DNA of 64,000 bases from Bugula neritina (taxonomy: Eukaryota; Animalia; Bryozoa), in assembly GCA_964035545.1 (NCBI GenBank), contig OZ037773.1, forward strand, positions 1,269,751 to 1,333,750, given 5' to 3'. A program made the position numbers and the translations under genes. A model generated the notes under the pieces. The model was not told where the DNA came from. It saw only the letters and a program-made list of their open reading frames with translations, and made no database searches. Of the stretch, positions 25,301-38,200 are shown piece by piece; the stretch's first letter is position 1; each line of letters begins with the position of its first letter.

Positions 25301-27214
25301 TACAGAAAGTGTAGAGTAATATACTGAAAGTGTAGAGTAATATACAGAAAGTGTAGAGTAATATACAGAAAGTGTAGAGTAATATACTTAAAGTGTAGAG
25401 TAAGATACTGAAAGTGTAGAGTAATATACAGAAAGTGTAGAGAATATACAGAAAGTGTAGAGTAATATACAGAGAGTGTAGAGTAATATACTTAAAGTGT
25501 AGAGTAATATACAGAGAGTGTAGAGTAATATACTTAAAGTATAGAGTAATATACAGAAAGTGTAGAGTAATATACTTAAAGTATAGAGTAATATACAGAA
25601 AGTGTAGGAGGTTATTGATCAGTTTCTGTGAAAATTCACAATTGTTAGCTCATCGTATTGTAGTAGGTGATGCTGTTGCTTGTAACCTTGAAAACTGACT
25701 TCAGTACTTGCTCTATCTACTTGTTGTTTAAGGTATACTTGAGCACTTGCTGTACTTACTTGCTGTTTAAGGTATACTTGAGCACTTGCTGTATGTACTT
25801 GTTGTTTAAGGTATATCTGAGTCACAACAATGACCCGATAGCCTACGAGACTCCCGACATAGTAGAGGAAGTGCCAGGCATCCGGCAGCTATATGGAGGT
25901 TTTGCTGAACTCTTGGATGGCAGGAGAGTGGAACCTGACGTCATACTTATGGCCACAGGTTACAGGTACCTCCTCTATCAACTACCCTCTTCCAGTGTAC
26001 TCTAAGTGTTATATACCCTGTGTAACATGCTCTGTGTTATATATACTCTGTGTTATACATGGTCTGTATTATATATACTCTGTGTTATGTATACTCTGTA
26101 TTATATATACTCTGTGTAATGTATAGTCTGTGTTATACATGGTCTGTATTATATATACTCTGTGTTATACATGGTCTGTATTATATATACTCTGTGTAAT
26201 GTATACTATATGCAATGTTCACTGGCGAGGATTATGTTTAATAACGTAGATTATGCAGATTTGCTGCAGTCCTGCAAGATAACGCTTTCCTGGTTGGTCT
26301 CACCTCTTGCTCTGCTTTGCATCCAAACCAACACAAACTCTGTACTCTTTATAGTTCTACTTTGCCTCACTTTAACATTTTCTAAAATGTTTTCAACCAA
26401 TATAAACAATATCCTTTTTTATTTTATTGATATAATTTAAGTTTACATATGATGTTAAAGATTTCAACTATATCTCAGGTACTCGTTCCCGTTTCTGAAT
26501 AAGAAATGCCACCCTGTGGTACGGAAAGAGCACATTGAGCACCTGCACAATTTCATAGTTGACATCCGACATCCCAGTCTCTATTTTATTGGACTAAACA
26601 AAGATGGCCTCTCTTTTCCACAGTATCATTTGCAAGCCGAATATGCAGCTGCATGTATCGCGGGTGTATTTAAACAGAAAAGTAGAGAGGTAAGAACTGT
26701 AACTTCCTTGATTAGTAATTATATCAAGTTGCATAGCGTTGAGTTTGAAACTCTTCATTGCTTTACTTACTCAAAAGTGTGTATTTTAATTAATAATTAA
26801 CATATTAAAACATTATTCAACTACAACTCCAACATTTTGTGGCGCAAAGCAGTTTACTAAAAAAAGCTACAATAAAATGAGAAGTTGGATTCATTTCAGG
26901 AAATGCTAAACGAGTATGACGCAATGTACAAGAAGCTAGTGACAGATAAGAAGAGAGAAGCCATGTTTTACCACTGTCTGGACCTGTATCAGTGGGACTA
27001 CCACGAGCAGCTCTCCACCGAGAGTCGTGTGCCGAACTTAGACCAAGGGCTAGAGAAGCTCTACTGGCATGTCGTGGATCGCAGGGAATTCAGCTTCTCA
27101 GATTTCAAAACCGCTGTCTATCGAATCAATGAAGACAAAACTAGTTTCAAGAGTTTGTATGAGCCAGATGAAAATGTGGAGCAGCAAAAGACCCTGGATT
27201 TGTCTAAACAATAG
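20833..27214 (+). CDS. Flavin-containing monooxygenase (invertebrate FMO / GS-OX-like), 7 coding exons
   Basis: Exons 20833-21005, 22441-22582, 23631-23773, 24706-24883, 25811-25965, 26479-26689, 26900-27214. FAD motif VIGAGAAG, GGTW, TNLPKEAMAF, VCNGHY, FMO motif YLGRLLHSHSY, NADPH motif LGAGPSGKD, ATGY. Confidence 0.93.
21501..21935. mobile_element. Long foldback/MITE palindrome (about 435 bp) in FMO intron 1
   Basis: The two halves are reverse-complementary along their length (tatatgggtcattctactta / taagtaaaatgaaccatata; centre cggaccgtta...taacggtccg). Confidence 0.8.
24905..25605. repeat. 21-bp minisatellite (gtgtagagtaatatacagaaa)n in FMO intron 4
   Basis: Direct reading. Confidence 0.93.
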
Positions 27215-28743
27215 GAGTTATCTCACCTATTTTTGTGCTTGTTAATATAAATTTTGTTTTTCTGGCCACTGCAGCCAACTCTTGTCATTAGATTTGGATA
27301 ATTTATTTTGCATAAAACAAAGCTGTAAGAAAACTGAAATGATGAGTTAATACTACCTCAAAAGGTAAAAATTTTCTTGGTTGTTTTCTTCTTGTTTAAT
27401 GTCTTTTGTCAATGTATTGTCTTAGTGTGAAACTTACTTTTCTATATATTGTATGTTATATATGTTTTCTATATGTGCATGCGTGCGTGCGTGTGTGCGT
27501 GTGTGTGTGTGTGTGTGTGTGCGAGCGCAAGTTTGTAAGCTGTACACTTGCAACCTTGTAAAGCAGCGGTTTTAGTTGTAATATTTGTTCATTGTTTGAT
27601 TCGTTTTCTTGATATCATTCATATCATAATTATTGTGAGGAAGTATACATGTTAACTTGTATTATAAAATTACATTCACTTACATGCATTAAAGTTTATA
27701 TGTCATAAGCCTAATGTAGGGTATAACTTGTGCCAAAAATACTATTCACTTCGACAAATTATTACAGTGAAAAAGCAACTTCACAGAAGATAAGCCAATC
27801 ACATGACAAGCTTGTCTTAATAGTATATTCTTTATCTGTTTATTTGCTGCCGGAACCGTCTAGAGAGTTATTTATTTTAAATCTTTGAGTAAAAATGTCA
27901 GAATTGGCGACAATTAAGTGAAGTTGTACAGTGCAAACAAGTTTACTTGCTGCTCAACTGCCCCTCAAGTTGTGTACTACTAAACTCAATTTATAATAAC
28001 GAAGCTGGATGCAGCAAGTCGCGGTACAGCCTGTCCAGGGTATATTTTCAGACATGTAATTTTTAATTGCAGTTTTTGCACATTTAAATTTAGAAATATA
28101 GCAAAATAATCTCATTACTCTAAGCATATGCAATGGGACAGTGCACATAGCAAAAGTTGCACAAGTATTTTTAGATGCGTGTATTTTGCAGCTGAGCTTG
28201 CATAATTTTATATAAGCTATAATGATGAGATTTTAGAGTTTTACACACCCGTGATTGGCTGAGTTTTACAGCAAGTTGCCCTAATTGCTATGTGTTATGA
28301 TAAATTGAATGAAATTTTTCTCATTAAAACTGACTATTATATCCGTAGCTATATGCAAGTATTTGAAATTCGCAACCATCACAATTTAACTTAAGATGGC
28401 AATGATGTTGCAAATAGCTGTATAATTTTTGTTGATTCCCTTTCATATTATGAGTACAATATAGTGCTTAAGCATTAAATGAGTAGGCTAAATAATGTTG
28501 AATAATACTGCATTGTTACACATGCACACTAGAAAAGGCATTGAGTCACAAACATTCTCAAAATGGTTGTATTGCAAAGTACCACCCTAGTTAGAAAGAC
28601 TTTTGTTGTTCAAATTTTAGTTAAATAAGCAACACCCATACCACCTCTAGTTATATGAAGGAATTGAGAATACAATTTCTGAGAATTTCTTATTGAAGCA
28701 TATGTAATTAATACCCTGCATGACGTAATATTTTAGTGCATAG

Positions 28744-28865
<122 letters not shown>

Positions 28866-29228
28866 AAGAATTTGAGTTTAAGACTATGTGTATATAATGG
28901 TAAACAAATATATTACAGAACTAAGCTGCTAGTCAGGTTATGTAATTGTAAGAGTATCTATAAGTATGTATCAAACATATAGGCAATGAGCAGGTAAGTT
29001 GTGCAATAATTATCTACTAAAACATCTCTCAGACTATAGATAACTGGAGGACATTACAATACTGTTCATAATATTCACCCTGTAGTAAATCTCTGTGTAA
29101 TAGTATATGACATCATAACTATTACAGCCAATCAAATTCACTCTAATAATAGCATAGTGAGGGAATACAGCATGCCGGGCAGTGAGTTTTCATAACATGT
29201 ACTTTCATTAACCTTGAACTCTTCAGTT

Positions 29229-32200
29229 ATGGAGGGAACAACTGCGCTCTCCACCACATCTGGTAAGTACTAAGTTATAGTGTTAGTGGGGCTCTATAGT
29301 GACCGTATTTTCTCTATATCTGACAAAATAGCAAACTGTCTATTATCTTATTCATTAAGGAATCCCTGACGCTTTTTATTAATAGAGTATTAAAATATCT
29401 GCATATATATCTTAGCTATCGTCTACAGACTGTTTAAAAGCTGTATACTCAAACAACTTTGTTTTATAACAAATTTTGTGCAAACATTGCTTGGATTGAT
29501 TTGGGATTTCTGATTTCGCTAATGACGTTTACAGTGGCTCTAAAGTCCACGTATCATAAAACTAATATTAATTATTGCTGACTTTCATTGCATGCTATTC
29601 TCAGCTGCTGCAACATATATATTAATCACTTAACTGAAAGTTTAATTTATGGAACTTTCAAGCCAGCTAGCTCAGTGTTTAAGCTCCATGTTGCAGCATA
29701 CTTTAAGTGTATGAGTATATCACCATTATAGGTGGTAAAAGAGACTCTATTTCTTAGCAAGACGGTATGGTGTTAGTGTCATGTGATGTAGTATAACTAC
29801 TCATATTATATTAGTACTGCGTGCTATGAACTGTGTAATATTATACAGAGCTGGCCATAGCATTGCATGAACACACTTGATATTTTACTTAACTATAATA
29901 TTTCCCAGCTGCCGAAGCCCTTCTATTGGATAGCAGAACGATGAGTCAAATAGAACTAGAAAAAGTTTTCCAAATGATGTTTTGGGTACAAGGTGTATTC
30001 TACAGCACAATTGGCTTTATAGGTAATAGTAATCTACAGACTGTTATAGTTGATATTTAAATATTTTAAAGATCTATCTGTTGTAGCTTTATATATTATT
30101 ATTCACAATATTCTCAATAAGTTAACCTCAGTCAAAATGCACTGAAAATAAAAAATATATTGCAATTTTTTCTCCTTCTTGGAAACTGTTACATACTAAA
30201 CCAAGAAGTTTGAAATTTGCTTAATTTGGCTGATGTACACAAATACAACAGAATATAAATAACTTGTGCTTTTGTATTTTGTAAGGACGGAAGCAGTTGT
30301 ATAATAGTAAATAATGTCTCACCAAAGCTTAAACTTGTATAAGTCTTAAACCATGGAGGGTGCATTTAAAACAGTAGTTAGTTATATAAACTGTATTCAC
30401 AAGCACTGTTTAACTTGAGAGACCTTTAAGCCTTACTATATAGGTGAGCTGACTTAATAAGCGTTTCTAAGTCAACTATCACTATGGTATAACTGGGTTT
30501 TGCCAATCCTTTGCAAACCAAGCTCATCGCCTTTTAGATACAACACAATCTGAAATGTTTTCATTCCGGGCAATTGATTTTTTAAATACTTTATAGCCTG
30601 AAAATGCTTTTCAAGTGCAAACTGAGTAGAATCAAGTAGAAATTTTTTTATGTACAATTCTAACATGTCAGCTGGTATCTGGTTTGTGTTGTTTTCTCTA
30701 GATGTTTGTTGATGCAATAAATAGGGCATGTTATCAGATTGTCTTTTGTTTTACGTATCATTAGCACCACAATATTTTTTCCAAGTTTCTAGTACGCAAA
30801 TAAATTAGTCATTCGATCAAAGCAAAGAGAGTAAGCGATGAATGCTAGCTAGCATCTGCTGCCTGAAGTTATCTGTGGTTTTTTTTGCTGATGTGAATAC
30901 ACAGTGACTGTTTGTTAAACAGGACTACTTGTAATTAATAAACAAGACTGTCTATAGCTGCCACCTCTGCATGTATTCGAATAAATAAAAGAAAAGAGAG
31001 TCCGGGTGGATAACTCTTTACATGGGTAGGAAAAATAATAATTCGAGTAAATATAGTATAGGTATACATATATATAATTAGGTGGTCTTTATCCCAGTAG
31101 CTCTTCAATGTCTTTCTGTCCGGCGTAGGCAGAATACTGAATACACTGGGTTGCGTGCCTTTTTTTATGTGCTAGTTTTTAATGTTCTGTGCGAATTCAT
31201 TCCTGAAAAGGCAATCCGTTTCAATTAAATAGCTATTCGAACTGATTCGACCTGTGGGACCGGTCATTCAATCATGTATAGTAAAATTTAAATTTTTGGC
31301 AACAAGTGTAGTTGAATATATAACAAATTTAATTTCATTATTTTTATTATTCTATCCGCTACTATTTCGGCGAATAACCAAGTCTCCTAAATCTGTACAG
31401 TTTTCGACAAGCTACTGTGCCACCTAAAATAAGCTATTTTCACTTTGAAAATTACTCACAACTTTAAGCCTTTACATTTAAACATGATGAAACTATTGAA
31501 TATATTTATTCTTTCTTCTTTAATTATTCTCTGTGAAAAATGTACAGGCAGGAGCTTTTAGGCTAACAAATAATTTAATATAGCAAAACATGGAAGAGTA
31601 AGTAATGTATAAAACTAAGCATTAACTCAAACTGAATTATGATTGGTCATGCTTGTTTACATAATAATGCAGCAACACTGATTGTGTTTATAGTTGGCAG
31701 AAATATTGACCTCTCTTTCTTGAGAGGATAAATTTTTCATGATATCTAGAACGGTTAAGGTTGATTAACATAGTGTGTATAAAAGTAGTATTTGGAATAT
31801 CTCATAGCCCTGATTTATTAGCATAGCATTGATAGGTTGAGAAGATAACAAGTGTAAAGGTGCTGTAGTCTCTACAATGGGACTAAATAGGTGGAGCAGT
31901 ATAAAGTTTCTATATAGTCACTAACAATAGTTTTATATATCAGAGACTGAAAGATAATAGCCGGGGACATAAGTTATGTCTAAAAGCATTTTTCTAAGTC
32001 ACTGTTTATTGTGTAAGCTCTACTTTACTGATTGTGTTTTTTGATACATATAATTATACTTGTACCCCACAACTGATGGCCTATCAAGCATTTGGAGATT
32101 TCCTATTGTTTGGTATTTATCTAAACTTGTGTGAGATAATACTATCTTCAATTCATTATAAGATATGTTAAATAACTTTTTGAAAACATCAGTGTTTTAG

Positions 32201-35200
32201 ATTTCAGATTTTATGAAATGGGAAATATAATATCCACAGGATAGTTAAGGGCAACCTTTTAGCTGCAACTGCCTTGCTGAGATTTGCATTGTAATCATAT
32301 AAGAATTCAGTACCAGTAAAATAAAATCTCACCTAATTGTGCTAGAGTCAAAATTTAAAAACTATGTTGTAGATCTTTTTTTTCCCCAGTGCAGTTGTTT
32401 TTTTTGGAAATTTCAATTTTCATTTTTTTTGCAAAGTTATAGACAAAAAACTGCCCAATTTTGGCCAATTTTGCCAGAAAAGCTGACTTTTCAGTACCAG
32501 TAAAATATCTCAGCAGGAAAACATGATATCTGAATAAAAATTGCACTGCTGGAATCCTGAGATATTTCTCCAGTGTAATTTTTTTCTTTTTCCAATAACT
32601 CTGCTAGATTGCACGTAAATTGGTAATTTATACACTGAAAATGCTTTATTTTTTGGTTGTAGTTTGATCTTAGGCTAAACAATTGCAAGTAGGCAACACG
32701 CATGCCACCCGCAGAGCAATATTATTCAAGAACCTAAACTACATTTCGAGAGAAATTCATGATATTCTCAGTGAGGATGCCCTTAACTATCCTGTGTTGT
32801 TGACAATTGCCATGTTTTAAGTTTAATTTCATATTAATTCTAACCCCAGCATCTGCCCTGATACAATTGAAACCCTGAACCATTGTGTTTTTAATTGATA
32901 GCCTGCGATTGTCAGCACTCAGGGTACCTATAAATTGTGTTATGTATATATACCAGAGTAGCTATGAATTGTATTATGTATATATATCAGAGTAGCTATA
33001 AATTGTATTATGTATATATATCAGAGTAGCTATAAGTATGTAATATAATGTGTATATATACCAGAGTAGCTATAAGTATGTAATATTATGTGTATGTATA
33101 TATATATACCAGAGTAGCTATAAGTATGTAATATTATGTGTATGTATATATATATACCAGAGTAGCTATAAGTATGTAATATTATGTGTATGTATATATA
33201 TATACCAGAGTAGCTATAAGTATGTAATATCATGTGTATGTATATATATATACCAGAGTAGCTATAAGTATGTAATATCATGTGTATGTATATATATATA
33301 CCAGAGTAGCTATAAGTATGTAATATCATGTGTATATACCAGAGTTTCATTCTAGGAAGCAGAAACCATGTTTTGTGACTACACTATATGCATTGAACTA
33401 TAAGTATGGGTTATAGTTTCAGTTCAGTGACTATATGCACTAACAATAACGCTACAGGGACTGCAATACTGCGACTAAACTACTGTGACTGAGCTACTGT
33501 GACCAAAGTATATACACAGTTAAATGCACTAAAGTAACTGTATTACATAATCTACTCTACAGTATTGCAGCGACTTCAACTCATTTCAACAAACTGTAAC
33601 CAGTTATGTTTTACAATAAGTATGCTGATAGTAATGCACCGGCCAAGTCATCATCGCTTTCCGTAGAGAATTCTAGAAAGATTAATATCTACATAGTTTC
33701 TAGTTTATATTCTCTACCTAATCAATACTATTGTGAGAGTAATTAAGCTGTAGCTAATGGTTGCAATTAGGCCCAGGTATTCACTTTCAACTAGTAGTAT
33801 GTTGTAGAGTTCCTACTTGCTATTAACTAACTTACTAATTCATTGAATTCATACTTAGCAAGGGTTCCAACTACAGTTAAATATACTAAGGGAGCACAAC
33901 TCTTGAGAGTGAGTTGCTGTAAATTACTTTGACCTTGACCTATGCTTATTGTCTAGAGCCAAGTTATTTACAACTTGCTTAGCATTTACTACGTTTCCAA
34001 GCTTCTTGCAAATTTTTCATTTGAGTTTGGAAACGGTTATATCGAATGAAACTGTAAGTTCATGCAAACCGCAACCACAGATCCATTCCACGAGCATCCT
34101 TTCGAATAATTTGAAGTAATGGAAATGTAGTGATTGTAGAAGAAATAAAATTTTTTTTTAATAAATTAGTTGCTGGCCAAAAAGAGATTTTGCTCCGGAT
34201 TACTGGTTTGTGTGCAGAAGTAGGCAGCACCAGTGTTTAATATTGCATAACTCTCACAGTCTACACCGTATTTAGGGCTTATAAAATTACTATTTTCTGT
34301 GAAATAAGCAGACAAACTTTTAGTCAACTGTATAGAGCTAAGGCAAGGTTATAATGACCTCATGCCAAATATATTATTCGTGTAATCACAGTTTAATTGT
34401 ATTTCTACTTCTTTTTTTTTAAAAAAACTCTTTTATTAAACGGTAAGCTGATCAATACATACGTGTCCATCTAAATTCAATAGTTTTTAGTTGTGAGTAC
34501 ATTATTATTATCCTTATATAATTGTGTTGCAATACAATCATATAATTTCGCCCACAAAAGGTTAAAACAATCTGCTCACATTAGTCACATGATCAGCTAG
34601 CTACTAATCATGTGACTAATGTAAACATCTACTAAATTAATAGGTTCTCATATTAATGATATATAAATCAGTTGAAAATAATTACAAGAACATTGTTCAA
34701 AAATGTTAAACTGAAATCAGAATACAAAAGAAGAAGGTGATACACTAAATCTATATGTATTGGCATGCGTTTAACTTATAATATGTATATGTGAGAAGTT
34801 AAACAGGTGCCAATACTAGACTAATTTTTATTCTGCAGCATCTTAGCAAGAGCTGATACTACATGCTTCTATAACTAAATGTGGAACTCATGAAATTAAT
34901 GCTGGTATTTAATAAAACGTTTTAAGTCAATTTTTCCAGGTAATATTACAATGTGTGTAACTTGCCTTGAAGTACCCACAGCATTATTCACCTATATAAA
35001 AATAATTCACGCAAGTTTATAGTCACCATCCCTGTAAGAAAACCCCTGGCGGAAGGGGCTTTTGGTTAAATCGGGCTATAAGGACTAATGTTACAATAAC
35101 TATAGTTCTCCATTTATACAATATACTACTCATTGCTAAAAATAGAGTGTTTAATTCAATTATTACAGTCATATTTTCACAGTTGAAACAAACTGTTTCT

Positions 35201-38200
35201 TTTTATTGAAAACTCAAAGAATACTTGCCTTTCTGGCAAATGAATGCATGAAACTCAAAGTTATGGACTCAGTTTAGTCCTAATCTGATTCTATAGCTTT
35301 AAGAATTTTTTAGTTGTTTGCAATACAAAAGATTAGATTTAATTTAAACTACCATGTTGCCCCCCTTACTTGCACCACTGATATCATACAGTGATATATA
35401 TTACCATATATTATGATAATAATAACGCATATGTATTGTAAATAGCCTATATAATATAATATACTGATATTTAGCATCATATTACAACAACATATTACAA
35501 CAATATAACATAATCATATTACCATCTAATACAGACATATAATGTAATATACTGATATATAATATAGTATACTGATATTTATTATAATATACCGATATAA
35601 TATGCCAATAAGTAATATATAGTATACTGATATATAATATAACATACCAATATATGATATAGTATACTGATATATAATATAACATACCAATATATATTAT
35701 AATATAATGATATATGATATAGTATACCGATATATAATATAATATACCGATATAATATACCAATGCTGTATGACTTTAGGTGTGTTTGCTAATATACTAA
35801 ACATCATTACACTGTCAAGGTACACAGCTTTAGTCACCTACAAAATATTCCTGGGAATGGCTTGTTCTGATCTCATGGTAAGACATATCATCTGCTTTAT
35901 ACCTGCAGTATGAAATATCATGTCTACGGCCGTATAACCTTCTTGTATACTAAAGAAAATATGTTATATACATATATGTAATATATTATATGTATACTAA
36001 TCATATAATATGCTATATATACTAATGTTAAATTTTTCAGATAATTTCTAGTAATATAATTCAAATAGTTTGTAGAAATCAAAAGTGTTTGCTGTTGCTC
36101 TTGTCCTCCTGCTGCTATATTTCTGCTGCCGCTGTTTCTGCTGCCGCTGTTTCTGCTGCCGCTGTTTCTGCTGCTGCTACAACATTACTATGCTCAATAA
36201 GACCATTGCAATACAGGCATGCATGCAGAAAAACTGTAGGTTGTAAGAGGTGCTATTCACTATGAAGATGCAGTGCAACCTGTTAGTTATAATAAACTTA
36301 GCATAAGTCAAACATAACGGGCTATAAATATTATTAGTATATGCTATAAGCCTACTTGTTCCAAGCTAATGCCAAACTATTGTCATCATAGTAATATGCT
36401 TATATAGCTTATTAGCACACATGTTTATTCACAAGGGTTTCACCGATATATTATTAAGAATGAGTTTGCTTGGATTCAGAACTAAAATGTATAAATAGGA
36501 GGAAATTTGGTGGCACAAGCATCACTGCTTGACACTTGACTACACATGGCATATGACACCATAAGGGCACCTTTTGACACCTGCTGAAACTGTCATGAAC
36601 CTAATTTGATCTCAACAAACCTAGTTAATATTGAATAGTAAAATAAGTATATAATAATACATTTTTTAACATTGGGCAATAACTGAAGTTGTGTTTATAC
36701 CTCTGCTGAAAAAAGTTTTGAGTTTCAGGTAATTTCACTCGCTTGAGTACCCCTTTATAGTTTAACTGAAACTGGTTGAAGTCATGGAGATGCTGAAGCT
36801 CACTTTCTAATAGTGAAATATGACTCACTTAATTGCTATTTAATGCTCTTGGAAAACCTAGTGAATTAGTAAAGTTGACAGCATAAAAGCTATACCTGTG
36901 TAGCTGATAGAATTATTAACATGAAGCTTTTATTTGAATTGATATTTAAATACCTCATCTCATCGCCAAAGTCTTAATTATATATCGAGGTTTACAAGGA
37001 GTTATCATTCCTTTGATTACTTTTCTAAAACTGGCCAATTAAGTAATCACAGTACAAAAATTTTGATGAGTGCCTTTTACAATGTAATGCAACTCGGTAG
37101 AATTTCAACTAGGCTAAATTGAATTTCTGACTGAAAATCTCGAAAAGTATACACACCCCTTTAAGCATTGGTAGTAGTATTATTTTAGCAATATCATAAT
37201 ATAAACTAATCAATTGATTAGTCTATAGTCTATACTCTATACTAATACTAATACTAATACCGAATGTCTTCAACAAGCAGTGTTCGTAATGTTTCTCTAC
37301 AGTATATTAGATAGCAATGCTGTTTTGGCTTGTGTATTTGAAAAAAACATTCATCAGGGAGCAGCAGTAGTTTAGAGGTCAGAGGTTAGAACGTTTGCTT
37401 AGTAAATACTGTAGTCATGGGTTTGAACCCTGACAAAGGCCCTTGGTGATGTTAGGAAGAGTATTCAGTCTCATTTGCTCCTGTGCCTCATCTGGATTAG
37501 TCCTTAGCCCGATTTAACAAAAACCTTTTCCGCCAGGAAATGGGACTATAAACTTGTGTGAGTTTATTTAATAAATCCATCTGTTTTAATGCATTGATAT
37601 AATATTTTAGGTGAATTTTATCTTATTGGGATATTCATTTGCATTCTGTACTCATCAACCCCTTCGAATTCTCACTGGAGAGCCACCATCTCTATTACAT
37701 GGAGTTCCATACTCTTTGTATATCTGGAAAAATATATGGTTTCACATAATGAACATATTCATGTGTGTAAGTGCAAAGGAACAAACGTATATAGTAATAT
37801 AACAACTAAAATACCTGCATAAGCATGACTTATTATTTCCTGAGTTACCATTGCTTGGAACGAATCTGTACGAATGCTCATAATAATGGATGAATGATTG
37901 TGGTTTTCATTAATTTATGGTTGTACTTTCATTTAATGTAACTGGTCCCAAACATCAAATAAAAAATCCATTCATATAATTCGAATCAATGGGAACGTGG
38001 TGGTCATATGCAAATGCTGCAATTATTTATTGGTGAAATGAGATCTACAGAATGGCCAGGAAAATGAGTTTTAGTTGTACCCATATTATTTATTTATTTG
38101 TTTAAATGCCACATAAGCTAATCAAATAGCACCTTTAGAGTATATCTACTGCCAGCCATACACTTAATATGCAAATATATCTGCAGAGAATTACTGAATA

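Noticed and set aside
33030-33355. 100-aa repetitive ORFs on both strands (also 35482-35763 and 62911-63216)
   Set aside because: Minisatellite or low-complexity translations.
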